Shown here: in pieces, positions 47,735 through 57,224 of the stretch
Numbering within the stretch: position 1 is the first letter of the stretch
How the letters are laid out: each line of letters starts with the position of its first letter
Source: a virus
Length of the DNA: 64,000 nt
Reading direction: 5' to 3' (one strand)
Virus record (IMG/VR): IMGVR_UViG_3300002141_000156
Span: 67,121 to 131,120 of that record
Program-made: the position numbers and the translations under genes
Notes under the pieces: generated by a model
Databases searched by the model: none
What the model was told of the DNA's origin: nothing
What the model saw: the letters and a program-made list of their open reading frames with translations, nothing else

Positions 47735-48073
47735 TTATTGTGGGGTTTCATGATCACCGGGTGTGGCCGGCACTACAGTATCTTGTACTACTTTTTTCTC
47801 ACTTTGGATCTGATGAACTGCATATCCAGCAATTACAAATAGTAAAGAAGCGTCTGCTAAAATTTCGCTATTTTGTATTGTGGTCCAGTGCGTGTAAATA
47901 TAACTTAAAATGACTATAATTGCAGACATGAAGGCAATTGATGATTCAACTCTCTTTTTACTAAAATATGAAGGTTTGCTGCTGTACATTGTAACAAGTT
48001 CCCTGATTATCCATTTAATATTTGTCCAGCCAAAAAAGTATGTCCGGATAGCCGGTCGAGTCGGGGTTGCCAT
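47735..48073 (-). CDS. Small two-TM membrane protein (holin-like candidate)
   Basis: Two hydrophobic helices, SYFSKKRVESS motif, late promoter at 48092. Confidence 0.5.
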   Translation of the reverse strand: MATPTRPAIRTYFFGWTNIKWIIRELVTMYSSKPSYFSKKRVESSIAFMSAIIVILSYIYTHWTTIQNSEILADASLLFVIAGYAVHQIQSEKKVVQDTVVPATPGDHETPQ

Positions 48074-48157
48074 GATTAATTCGCTTTTTATTATTTATCT
48101 ACAGAAGTACCTGGTATCTAATTTAATTGACTATCTTTTTTTAGTATTGTTAACTAT

Positions 48158-49039
48158 ATGAAAACAAATAGAATGCGGGATCTACAGATCTCAGAACGAA
48201 TGTCTATCCGCTCACCAAATTTAGCAAGGTATTTTGTTGATGTGCGGACAATACCTTTACTTACTAGTGATGAAGAAAACGCAATTGGTGCTCGAGTAAT
48301 TGCTGGTGATGAAGCTGCCGTCACTCTATTAGTTAATCATAATCTACGATTTGTGATTTCAGTTGCCAAACAGTACGGCACGTCGCCGGATCTATTATCT
48401 GATCTAATTTGTCAGGGAAACATTGGGCTTATTGCAGCAGCTAGGTCATTTGATCCAACTCGAGGATTCAGGTTTATTTCATATGCAGTATGGCATATTC
48501 GTCGTGAAATATTTGAATATTTAGGTAGTAAAAATAGAACAATTAGACTTCCAGGAAATGTTCAAACTAACATAAAGAAAGCACGTACGGTTGAAGCTGC
48601 CCTGCTAGTTACTCTTGATCGAGAGGCAACAACGTATGAAATTGTCGAAGAATTATTAAAACAAGGAATTGATATTGAACCGCAGGAATTAGAACATGCG
48701 TTTGGTATTGCAAATGGACATACTGCTCTTGAATCAGAAGATACTGAAATATTTTCACCAATCAACTGGCTACCGACTGATATTAATAAACCAGACAGTA
48801 AGTTACTTGATGAAGAGCACCGGACAACAATATTACGTCTGCTTGATACACTATGTGCACAGCATCGTGATATCGTTTGTGCTAGACTTGGACTGTATCC
48901 TGGCGGCTTTGCCGAATCATTCAAGGATATTTCGGCAAGATATAATAGAGGTAATGAATGGGCTAGAATTGTGTATAATAGAGTAATGCTTCAACTTAAA
49001 ATATCAGCAAATAACCTTTTAATAAATCAAAATAATTAA
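48158..49039 (+). CDS. RpoD/SigA-family sigma-70 factor, Bacteroidota-type (no region 1.1)
   Basis: MR.L.I...., NLRFVISVAKQY, DLI.QGNIGLI.AA..FDPTRGFRFISYAVW.IR, RTIRLP. Confidence 0.92.
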   Translation: MKTNRMRDLQISERMSIRSPNLARYFVDVRTIPLLTSDEENAIGARVIAGDEAAVTLLVNHNLRFVISVAKQYGTSPDLLSDLICQGNIGLIAAARSFDPTRGFRFISYAVWHIRREIFEYLGSKNRTIRLPGNVQTNIKKARTVEAALLVTLDREATTYEIVEELLKQGIDIEPQELEHAFGIANGHTALESEDTEIFSPINWLPTDINKPDSKLLDEEHRTTILRLLDTLCAQHRDIVCARLGLYPGGFAESFKDISARYNRGNEWARIVYNRVMLQLKISANNLLINQNN

Positions 49040-49042
49040 CAA

Positions 49043-49498
49043 ATGAAATACTTAGTTTTTCTTAAAGATACTGATCCGGATACCGGAAAGGTTTGTCAAC
49101 TTATTCGACTATGCGAATGTGATTTACAGGATGTTGCAGCATCTATCTGCCATGCGATGAGTACTGGCGATGATGACTCTCCAAATAGAGAATATTATAT
49201 TGAGACCAGTGAAAGAAATAAAACTGTTTTTATTTGTGCAAAGTTAGAAGATATACAGGCGGCATACGCGTGTCAGATACAATTAAATACTGCCGGAATT
49301 CGGTGCATTTCAGTATTTTCAAAGGAAGAATTGGAGTTGATTGGTGATGTCTACAAAACCTATTCGGTCCCATTCTCAATTATCCAAATTGGTATAAGTG
49401 ATGTCTGGGACCGGCTAGATTATAATTTACAAGTAGAGTCATTTACTGAGTCTACTGTAATTGATGTTATTAACTATTTAAGCGAATGCGTCCAATAA
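49043..49498 (+). CDS. Hypothetical protein
   Basis: 151 aa downstream of the sigma gene. Confidence 0.5.
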   Translation: MKYLVFLKDTDPDTGKVCQLIRLCECDLQDVAASICHAMSTGDDDSPNREYYIETSERNKTVFICAKLEDIQAAYACQIQLNTAGIRCISVFSKEELELIGDVYKTYSVPFSIIQIGISDVWDRLDYNLQVESFTESTVIDVINYLSECVQ

Positions 49499-50948
49499 AA
49501 TGTTTAAGATTTAACGCCTCCCCTAAGAATTTACGAAGGCGGTCAACTTCCTTCATATCTTTGCGAGAATATGCATCAATAATCATGTCGTTAAGTTCGT
49601 TCTTACTTAATCCACTAAGATCTTCTGGGTCTTCAGTAGTTCGAGGTTCATCTGAAATTTTTGGAGCAGAAATATTGTCTATTTGACCAGGATTACGTTT
49701 GAAATTTTGGAATTCTTCTTCTTGTTCAAGATGTTTAATTGCTCCTCTAATTAAAGGATCACACAGTTCAGTTGCTTCCGGAGATTCGGTAAGAATCGCA
49801 TTTACTAATTTTAACATGTCTCGCGGTTCAAGTTGACCAAGTTGCGAAATCGCGTTAAAGAATAGGTAGTTAATACGCTCTTGGAAAGAAGCTACAACCC
49901 AATCCTCTTCGTCCATCATTTCTCCAATCTTTTCTTCAACTAGCGGATGTTGTGAAACTTGTTTGAAGAATACATCTTGCATCTGACGACCAAACTTAAT
50001 TTCTTGTAATTCATCAAATAGTGTATCAGTATTCATCAATACTGTCTCAGCAGTTCCGCCATATAAAGCTTCAAGACTTGCTTGTGTAATTAATTTATAG
50101 ATTCCTTTAATAGATTCGTGAATCAATACAGAAAGATCAACTCCTCTAGAAACGATTTTAACATTTAACCCAGAAACTAGGTCTTCTGCATTTTCGTTAT
50201 CTATAATATCTTCACCGTTTTCTAAATCATCAAGTACTTTTTTAGCAATATCCTCTTTGTTTTCCTCTTTGGTTTCTTTCTCTTCACCAAACTGAATATC
50301 ACAGCTTCCTGAAAAACCCTCTCTAGTACGCCACATTGATTTTTGCCTCTCTTCTGGAACTGTCCAGTCAAAGAATTGAGCAACGTTTGATATTTTATTA
50401 AGTACTCTTAAATATTCAGCGGCATCCTCCTGTCCTAGAATTTGAACTAATCCATTTTTGAAAATAGAAAGATTTAAGATTGATTTAGCGCTCAGTCCTT
50501 TACCTTGTTGAATAGTACGCTGAATCTTACGTACTTGAATATGGTCAATTATTTCTTGATCTTCAAGTGCATCTAATTCTGGGTCTTCTTCTTTTTCATC
50601 TGGAGTTTCGTCCATCTCCTGTTTTACTTCTTCACGAGTTACAATCTTAAAATCAAGTTCAAACTCTTCAATTAGGGAACCGTATAATTTACGAAATGCA
50701 TCTACTGTAAGTTCAGATAATTCTTCTTCATGGCCGCTCTGTAATTCTTGAGATTTCCTTACTAATTCCATAAAACCTTGAATATCTGCACGATTTGCCA
50801 TTGCAAATTCTTGTGCTGATTGGTTGGAGCGCTGAGTAATTTTATCTAACCATGATTCACGATCAGACCCCTCTTCACCGGGAATCCCAGCATTTCCTCT
50901 AAGTGATGCTTCATTGATAAACTCGCTGAAACTATTTACCTTTTGCAT
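49470..50948 (-). CDS. Acidic late protein with CTS-like leader and zincin-like HExxK motif
   Basis: MQKVNSFSEFINEA; RKIQ.TI.QG; VLIHESIKGIY. Confidence 0.65.
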   Translation of the reverse strand: MQKVNSFSEFINEASLRGNAGIPGEEGSDRESWLDKITQRSNQSAQEFAMANRADIQGFMELVRKSQELQSGHEEELSELTVDAFRKLYGSLIEEFELDFKIVTREEVKQEMDETPDEKEEDPELDALEDQEIIDHIQVRKIQRTIQQGKGLSAKSILNLSIFKNGLVQILGQEDAAEYLRVLNKISNVAQFFDWTVPEERQKSMWRTREGFSGSCDIQFGEEKETKEENKEDIAKKVLDDLENGEDIIDNENAEDLVSGLNVKIVSRGVDLSVLIHESIKGIYKLITQASLEALYGGTAETVLMNTDTLFDELQEIKFGRQMQDVFFKQVSQHPLVEEKIGEMMDEEDWVVASFQERINYLFFNAISQLGQLEPRDMLKLVNAILTESPEATELCDPLIRGAIKHLEQEEEFQNFKRNPGQIDNISAPKISDEPRTTEDPEDLSGLSKNELNDMIIDAYSRKDMKEVDRLRKFLGEALNLKHFIGRIRLNS

Positions 50949-51204
50949 ATTTCTTATAAAGTTTTTTTATAATTTCTTCTCCTTGTGGAGTGTCTTTGAT
51001 TTCCCCAAGCTCTGCAAAAAACTGATCTAGCACAGTATTTAATGCGGCCATCGGTTTTTCTTTTTCTTTTTCTCCAGGTCGAATCATCGGTCCAGGTCTT
51101 TGTGGACGACCTGGCGTGTTTGGAGTCGTTACTGGAGGAGCAGTTGTCGGTTTAATAGTAGGCTCAGCTGCTAAAAATTCATTAAGCCGTTTAATACGTT
51201 TCAT
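50932..51204 (-). CDS. Proline-rich small protein with CTS-like leader
   Basis: MKRIKRLNEF; PTTAPPVTTPNTPGRP. Confidence 0.6.
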   Translation of the reverse strand: MKRIKRLNEFLAAEPTIKPTTAPPVTTPNTPGRPQRPGPMIRPGEKEKEKPMAALNTVLDQFFAELGEIKDTPQGEEIIKKLYKKYAKGK

Positions 51205-51210
51205 GTGATC

Positions 51211-53148
51211 TTATTTTTTTAGTTTTTCTTTTATTACTTCTAGGGCAATCATTGCTTCACCAACTGCTGGCTGCAGAATTTTAATTTTTCGAGAAAGCGG
51301 GGTATCAACAGTCGGGCCGATTTTTTTGATACCTATGTCTAATGTCTTGAGTGCATTTTGATTATTTTGAATAATTCGGTTAAGTATATCTACTGTTAAT
51401 CGTGGAGAGCCTTCTAAAATTATTTCAAAGATTTTCACATCGGCTGCAGAAGGAATCGGAAAATTTCCTTGAGTGTATTTGTGAATAAGGTCACCTTGTA
51501 CTTTTTCCATACTTTTTGATCCGCGTAGGTTTTTAATCTCGGTTGCAATCACCTGATTTGCAATATTGTCTTCACTATTTGATTTAAGTGAGTCAGCCGT
51601 CAGATTAGCTGTGCTATTTAATTGGCTCATGTCTCGAACTAAACCAATTAAAGTTTTCGAAAGTGCTTCTTCATATGACCGTTCACCTTCTGAATATTTT
51701 TTAATCTTTGTATAAATAGGATCTGTTTTAGCCTTAAGTTGTGATTCACGATCAAAGTTTTCAGTAATGGCATCAATTACTTCTTGTGGATAACTGTGGT
51801 GTTTGCTGCTAGGACAGTTGAAGCCCTGTAGAACTGTTCTGTAATCGCCAGCTGACATATAATCATTTGGTTGATTTGATATTTGTTTTATTTTTTTATC
51901 AGGCGAAATAGTCACACCGACAGTATGATATACATCGCTCTGGTCTACAGTAAAATCAAGTATTCCTATTTGTAGTGAACCAGTGGCATAACTCCAAAAT
52001 CTATCGCCCATTGATTCATTATACCACTTAGGCTGAATACACCACCTGGTTGCTTTTCCACAAAGGAAAGGTAATTGTGAATCGTTACGGAATGAAAATA
52101 CTAAATAGTCTCCTTCTGCATAGAGAATCACTACACTCGGATAGGCAGCCATCGCTATTTCGATAAGCTTTCCGTAATCGGTGCCTGCAGAGTTAGTTGT
52201 ATTTTTAATTGATGCCAACACTTGAGCAATTGACGACTTACCACTAAGCCCGCCAGTTACTAATTTGATTAGCATAGGTTTATTTAAGTCACTAAGTGCA
52301 GCAGCTGCAGTAAGTAGTTCAAGCTGAATAGCTCGGTCTGCCTTTTTATATTCTTCCCGTAAATGAGCAACTGGTCCAGAATAAAGTCCTCTGGCAATCA
52401 AGGCCTTCATTGAATCTTTAGGCAATGCTTTCACAATCCACATACCTCGACGAAGTTCAAATAATATAGTCAAATAATCTCCAAGCTTTTCAAACGAAGG
52501 TACTCCGTCTTCGGATTGCATTTTGGAATACTGATCTAGTAATCCCATCGAGTCTTCGATTGAATCACGAAGATCAATTAAAGATTTTTGAAGGTTATCT
52601 AAGTCTCCAGGCTTATCTGGATTACCAGTGATAGTTGCTCCCTGTTCAAATTTAAAACGAGTAAATGCTCCAACCCACATTGGATTTTTGTGAAGTAATC
52701 TTTTAATTTTTTCAAAATCTGAGTTTGGTCCAAAGTATTTAGCGGCGACTCTCTCTTTTATCTCAGCAAGGCGTTCTGCTTTTTCTTCATCTAGTAGAGG
52801 ATCAATTCCGCCAGAAACATCAACTTTAAAAGTCTCGCGATTGAGGCGAGTAGTTAATTTGCTAGTTTCTTCATCTGCAAGTTTTTGTACAATAACTTTA
52901 CCGTCCTGTACGCTTTCATTAATTGCGGTATATTGTGAATAATTAAATAGTCCATTTTCCTGAACTCCATGCAATTGGGCGAGTAGCTCTTTCGCTTCCC
53001 TAAAATTATCGTTTTCAATCGCTAGGTCAATTAGTGCTAGAACCTCAGCTCTATTAAGACCAGCATAATTTGATTCGGTATTTCCAGTCACTACTTCCAT
53101 TTCTGGCAAAGTGTCGACTACTTCATTTATTCGAAGAATATATCTCAT
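51211..53148 (-). CDS. Large late protein with T.WCI motif (PcfJ-like domain candidate)
   Basis: MRYILRINE leader; internal NYSQYTAINES; KATRWCI...FWSY...I.DF. Confidence 0.55.
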   Translation of the reverse strand: MRYILRINEVVDTLPEMEVVTGNTESNYAGLNRAEVLALIDLAIENDNFREAKELLAQLHGVQENGLFNYSQYTAINESVQDGKVIVQKLADEETSKLTTRLNRETFKVDVSGGIDPLLDEEKAERLAEIKERVAAKYFGPNSDFEKIKRLLHKNPMWVGAFTRFKFEQGATITGNPDKPGDLDNLQKSLIDLRDSIEDSMGLLDQYSKMQSEDGVPSFEKLGDYLTILFELRRGMWIVKALPKDSMKALIARGLYSGPVAHLREEYKKADRAIQLELLTAAAALSDLNKPMLIKLVTGGLSGKSSIAQVLASIKNTTNSAGTDYGKLIEIAMAAYPSVVILYAEGDYLVFSFRNDSQLPFLCGKATRWCIQPKWYNESMGDRFWSYATGSLQIGILDFTVDQSDVYHTVGVTISPDKKIKQISNQPNDYMSAGDYRTVLQGFNCPSSKHHSYPQEVIDAITENFDRESQLKAKTDPIYTKIKKYSEGERSYEEALSKTLIGLVRDMSQLNSTANLTADSLKSNSEDNIANQVIATEIKNLRGSKSMEKVQGDLIHKYTQGNFPIPSAADVKIFEIILEGSPRLTVDILNRIIQNNQNALKTLDIGIKKIGPTVDTPLSRKIKILQPAVGEAMIALEVIKEKLKK

Positions 53149-53171
53149 GAAATTTAAGCTGATACTTTTAA

Positions 53172-53789
53172 TTATTTATCCAATAGCTCTTGTTCTAAAT
53201 AGAGATAAATGTATTTATGATAGCGTTTTAGGACTTCCGGATCTACGTGTTTACGAATATCCCGATAAAGCTGAATTTCAGATAACCTTTCAATACCCTG
53301 TTGAGGTGTGCGAATTCGCATCTTAAGTAGTTGGTCAACAACTGATTGGGAAAATGCCATAATCTCGTCCTTATCAGAAAAATAAGCTTTGCGATCTGTT
53401 GGGTCAGTAATCGTGTCACGCTGAACTGCTCGGCGTGACCATTGGCCAACGTGTACCATTTCATGTTTTAGCATGTGAAAGATATAATCAAATAGTCGGT
53501 GATCTATTCTAGGTGCACTTACAATTACTCGCGGACGCATTGTGTCTGCATTGACTGTGGCAAATGCCGGTACTCCTTTTGGTGGAGCTGTCTCTTTATG
53601 TACATCAGACAATTCATCATAAAAAGTTTCGTAATCAACTACTTCAATACCGAATTGGGCTCCAATTTCGGCAAGTTCTTCCATTGTGATTGGTAAGCGT
53701 GCAGAGAGCACAGCCTCTTCAAAGTCTTCGAGTTCTTGGCTACGCCAATCAATAACTGCTTCGTATAATTTGAATGATAATAATTCCAT
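53172..53789 (-). CDS. Zn metallopeptidase (HExxH) with CTS-like leader
   Basis: LKHEMVHVGQ...YFSDKDEIMAFS; likely start MELLSFKLYEA. Confidence 0.75.
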   Translation of the reverse strand: MELLSFKLYEAVIDWRSQELEDFEEAVLSARLPITMEELAEIGAQFGIEVVDYETFYDELSDVHKETAPPKGVPAFATVNADTMRPRVIVSAPRIDHRLFDYIFHMLKHEMVHVGQWSRRAVQRDTITDPTDRKAYFSDKDEIMAFSQSVVDQLLKMRIRTPQQGIERLSEIQLYRDIRKHVDPEVLKRYHKYIYLYLEQELLDK

Positions 53790-53797
53790 TTCTATTT

Positions 53798-54151
53798 TTA
53801 TTTTTTTGAGCTCCAACGAATTAGTAATTCACCAACCACTTCAATTTTACCCATCGTCTCCTGAAATGGGATCTGGTCCTCAGGTTCAAACGACTTTAGG
53901 ATATTAGTTAGTTCCTTATTTAGTGTGACCAGCTCCTTCTTAGCGGCCGTTGCATCCCACTTACCAGCGGCTGCCTTCTTATAATAAGGAAGCTTAACTA
54001 CAAAATGGTGATATGTTAATAGAGAAGTTCCGCCCTTGGCTTTTGCGCCATCCGCAATTTTGGTGGCTCCGGCAAGCCTCTTCTCTGCAAACTCCTGAAA
54101 GGAGATGTGCTCCTTTGCTTCAAATATAAAATCGCTAAAGTTTTGAATCAT
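53798..54151 (-). CDS. Hypothetical protein with CTS-like leader
   Basis: MIQNFSDFIFEA; LTYHHFVVKLPYY. Confidence 0.6.
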   Translation of the reverse strand: MIQNFSDFIFEAKEHISFQEFAEKRLAGATKIADGAKAKGGTSLLTYHHFVVKLPYYKKAAAGKWDATAAKKELVTLNKELTNILKSFEPEDQIPFQETMGKIEVVGELLIRWSSKK

Positions 54152-54750
54152 CTAATAGAAATTGTACCTTTTACTCCAGGAAACATTTTTTTTAATTTTA
54201 CATTACTATGCTTCTTTGCAATAGGAGTATCGCCTAAATAGAGATCTCCACCGACTTTGAGTCCATCTGGCAGACTCTGGATTTGAGTACCTGATAAATT
54301 GAGACCTACGCCAACTCGTAGCCCAGCTGGTAGCTCAGTTATAGGAGTATCTTCTAAATTAAGATAGCCGTCAACCTTGAGTCCAGCTGGCAGACTCTGG
54401 ATTTGAGTACCTGATAAATGGAGACTTCCACCGACTCGTAGCCCAGCCGGTAGCTCAGTTATCGGAGTACCTCGTAAATAGAGACTTCCACCGACTCGTA
54501 GCCCAGCTGGCAGACTTGTTATATGTGTACCTTTTAAATCGAGATCGCCACCGACATTGAGACCAGCTGGCAGACTTGTTATAGGTGTACCTTGTAAATC
54601 GAGATCGCCAGTGCTTCCTGAAATCATATATTGATATACTTTTATTTCAGAATCGTCAACTAGTCCAAGTTTGTGTAAACTTTTAATTACTTCAAATTCA
54701 GTCTCAATATCTGACTTTGACTCTAGGATAAATTTTCGGATATGCTTCAT
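54148..54750 (-). CDS. Leucine-rich repeat protein (20-aa repeats) with CTS-like leader
   Basis: About seven L.L.GT.I..LP.GL.VGG repeats; MKHIRKFILES. Confidence 0.85.
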   Translation of the reverse strand: MKHIRKFILESKSDIETEFEVIKSLHKLGLVDDSEIKVYQYMISGSTGDLDLQGTPITSLPAGLNVGGDLDLKGTHITSLPAGLRVGGSLYLRGTPITELPAGLRVGGSLHLSGTQIQSLPAGLKVDGYLNLEDTPITELPAGLRVGVGLNLSGTQIQSLPDGLKVGGDLYLGDTPIAKKHSNVKLKKMFPGVKGTISIR

Positions 54751-54790
54751 TATGGTTATTTATTCTACATAGGACAAAAATAAGAAACAA

Positions 54791-54821
54791 AAAAAGGGAA
54801 CCAAAATTAGATTCCCTTTTT
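54791..54821 (-). terminator. Terminator (duplicated module, second copy at 55332-55359)
   Basis: aaaaagggaa...ttccctttt stem, near-identical to 55332-55359 and similar to 5613-5640. Confidence 0.7.
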
Positions 54822-54907
54822 AAATGTATAAAAATAAGGCTTAGTACTGCATGCTGTGCTTTACTACTGCCCAACTGCCTCTTTCACCAGACACAATGTC
54901 GCGGTCG

Positions 54908-55279
54908 CTAATTGCCGGCAGTATCTTTAAATAAAATTTTATTGTCTTCTACTGACCATACCATGTCTGAAGAAGCGCCTAATTCTGCAGCTGCTTCAAA
55001 TACTTTATCCATGCCTATGAAATTTCCGTCTTCATCATAACTTGAGTCATCATCGTCTAATTTAATAGATTCCCCTGCAAATTTTACCTCTGAATTATAA
55101 TCATATATTTCCCATACTGCAATTCCGTTTCCTGCATTTGGTCCAGAACTTCTAGCTCCGTTATTCATGCGAGTTCCTCCTTTTTGAGAAGCAAAAAAAG
55201 GCAAACTTACGTTCTTCCCCATTCCCATCTCGTCAGACTCTTTAATATACTGATTAAAATTCTTTACTTGATTTTTCAT
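54908..55279 (-). CDS. Hypothetical protein with CTS-like leader
   Basis: MKNQVKNFNQYIKESDE; late promoter at 55294. Confidence 0.65.
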   Translation of the reverse strand: MKNQVKNFNQYIKESDEMGMGKNVSLPFFASQKGGTRMNNGARSSGPNAGNGIAVWEIYDYNSEVKFAGESIKLDDDDSSYDEDGNFIGMDKVFEAAAELGASSDMVWSVEDNKILFKDTAGN

Positions 55280-55331
55280 GTTACTTTTTTAGTTATTTAT
55301 TTAATATAGGACTAAAAAAAATAAGAAATAA

Positions 55332-55359
55332 AAAAAGGGAACCGAGTAGATTCCCTTTT
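55332..55359 (-). terminator. Terminator
   Basis: aaaaagggaa-ccgagtaga-ttccctttt. Confidence 0.7.
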
Positions 55360-55377
55360 AAAATAATTTAAAAGTAA

Positions 55378-55677
55378 TTAATACCAATTATGTAATTTCT
55401 CTCCATTTTCATAAAGATCACACTCATAATATCCGCTGTCAACTGTTTCTTCAATTTCCTCTTCACTCGGTTCAATCATAATCTTAAGTCCACCATTCAT
55501 AAGGTCACGCGCAGGACTCTGTAAATCTATACAAACTAATACAAAACCGTTGGGGTGGTTTGACTTTACGTAGTAGTCAATTAAATCACCTACACTTTCA
55601 GGTGTTTCACTTCTTTCCATTCTAAACTCGTCAGACTCTTTAATATACTGACTAAATTTCTTTACTTGATTTTTCAT
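55378..55677 (-). CDS. Hypothetical protein with CTS-like leader
   Basis: MKNQVKKFSQYIKESDE; late promoter at 55698. Confidence 0.65.
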   Translation of the reverse strand: MKNQVKKFSQYIKESDEFRMERSETPESVGDLIDYYVKSNHPNGFVLVCIDLQSPARDLMNGGLKIMIEPSEEEIEETVDSGYYECDLYENGEKLHNWY

Positions 55678-55709
55678 TTTAATATTACTTTTTTAGTTAT
55701 TTATTTAAT

Positions 55710-56300
55710 TTAGAGCAGTCCAAGTCGCCTTAAGTCGCGCATCACTTCAGCTTCTTCTGGGCTAGAGATATCATAGAGAAGAGAGAAGAGAAAAGACTCT
55801 GGTCGCGGGTCTACTCCATGTGATTGCAAGTGCTGATTGATCGAATTGAAAAATTGAGTGATAGCATCCGCGTCCTTCTTAATGATCGCATTCTTAAACC
55901 TAATACTACTATTCAGGCCAAGTAGCCGTGACACAATTTTTGTGTACACTACAAAGAGTGCAGCGTTCCAGGCTTCCAAAGAATCATATGGAATTCCACT
56001 GCTAAGCGTGCTTACGCCATATATAATCGTACCACGCTTGGGATAAAAGTTATAGGATCTATCGTTCGATGGAGTTAGCCTACGAGTACCATTGCTCATG
56101 GCCAGCTGACCTGTATCCCACCGAGCACCCTGGCCAATCGTTTCCAGGACACGAACTAGTGCCTGGAACCAGTAGAGTTGGGATAACTCTTCATGAGTCG
56201 GTGTAATATACCCACCGGACTCTTCCGTCGCAGGTTCATTGAGAGTCGAACCCTCTTTCTCGAGGATAAATTGTCTAAAATTTTGTAGAGTACTCTCCAT
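55710..56300 (-). CDS. Hypothetical protein with CTS-like leader
   Basis: Likely start MESTLQNFRQFILEK; higher GC than flanks. Confidence 0.6.
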   Translation of the reverse strand: MESTLQNFRQFILEKEGSTLNEPATEESGGYITPTHEELSQLYWFQALVRVLETIGQGARWDTGQLAMSNGTRRLTPSNDRSYNFYPKRGTIIYGVSTLSSGIPYDSLEAWNAALFVVYTKIVSRLLGLNSSIRFKNAIIKKDADAITQFFNSINQHLQSHGVDPRPESFLFSLLYDISSPEEAEVMRDLRRLGLL

Positions 56301-56307
56301 TACTTGA

Positions 56308-56889
56308 TTATTTATTCTCTTCTTCACTCACGAACTTTTTAAATCCTTCTGTATCTTTCTTACCTCCTAATATATGTATTTGTGCTGGTTCAAATACTGC
56401 AAATTCATCAATAGTAAAATTTTGGTCTTTTTTGTTGTAATTAATAAGCCCGTCGTATTTTTTACTATTAAACAATACATGATCCCAGAGCGGTTCATAA
56501 GGGTTTTTTAAATTTATTAAAGCAGAAATAACAATACCTTCTCTTCTGCTATCGACTGTTGCAAAATAATTAGCGTGTTCTTTATTGGTAGAGAAATAAG
56601 TACCGCGGTTAAGTTTGATATTTAGCTTTTCTAAAAAAGCAATATTTGTTTTCCTAAATTCGGCAAATTGATTTCTTGTTCCATGATAAACAATATCTTT
56701 TACTTTACTATCAGGAAATATAGTATCTAAGTATTGAGAGTATTGTTCAGGAGTACCAATAGAAGCTAATTCAGGATTAGAATCAAATAGTTCTAATACT
56801 CCTTGTTTGATATTAGGATCTTCAGCTCTATGCTGTTCAACTGCCTGTTCAGATTCCACAAGCCATTGACTAAACGATTTAATAGACAT
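56308..56889 (-). CDS. ADP-ribosyltransferase-fold protein (ART-PolyVal-like) with CTS-like leader
   Basis: VYHGT...F..F, GTYFST....A..FA, LINLKNP, YDG.I, E.AVFEP.QI. Confidence 0.7.
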   Translation of the reverse strand: MSIKSFSQWLVESEQAVEQHRAEDPNIKQGVLELFDSNPELASIGTPEQYSQYLDTIFPDSKVKDIVYHGTRNQFAEFRKTNIAFLEKLNIKLNRGTYFSTNKEHANYFATVDSRREGIVISALINLKNPYEPLWDHVLFNSKKYDGLINYNKKDQNFTIDEFAVFEPAQIHILGGKKDTEGFKKFVSEEENK

Positions 56890-56926
56890 AGTATAAAACT
56901 CTATTTTAGTTATTTATTAAAAACTC

Positions 56927-57163
56927 TTAGAGTCCACAGAGTTCTAAAAACTCGGCATAGTCAAACCGGATCCCGTCGCGCTTAAACTCCTGGATTTGAG
57001 CTTTGGCAATTTCACGACGATTTGCAACATCACGTACCCGCCTTAAAATCTCTGCAACTCCCTCGACCATCGGTCTTTCCCGACCGGCCGGAAGATCCTG
57101 GATAGCACGGGTCTTGGCGCCTTCGCTGATATATTGACTAAATTCAGTTATGTGATTCTTCAC
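56927..57163 (-). CDS. Small hypothetical protein with CTS-like leader
   Basis: GTG start MKNHITEFSQYISEG; late promoter at 57183. Confidence 0.6.
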   Translation of the reverse strand: MKNHITEFSQYISEGAKTRAIQDLPAGRERPMVEGVAEILRRVRDVANRREIAKAQIQEFKRDGIRFDYAEFLELCGL

Positions 57164-57224
57164 CTTTGGTTTACCGTTTAATTATTTATCTTCTGAGACA
57201 AAAATATAGTTTTATGTATTTCAT

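Noticed and set aside
54148-54750. Diversity-generating retroelement target
   Set aside because: Repeats are in-frame LRR units with no A-specific TR/VR pair and no reverse transcriptase in the window
54841-54910. Read-through or frameshift extension of 54908..55279
   Set aside because: An alternative frame gives a short coding-like tail (AISDRDIVSGERGSWAVVKHSMQY), but there is no slippery site; more likely a remnant of a replaced gene
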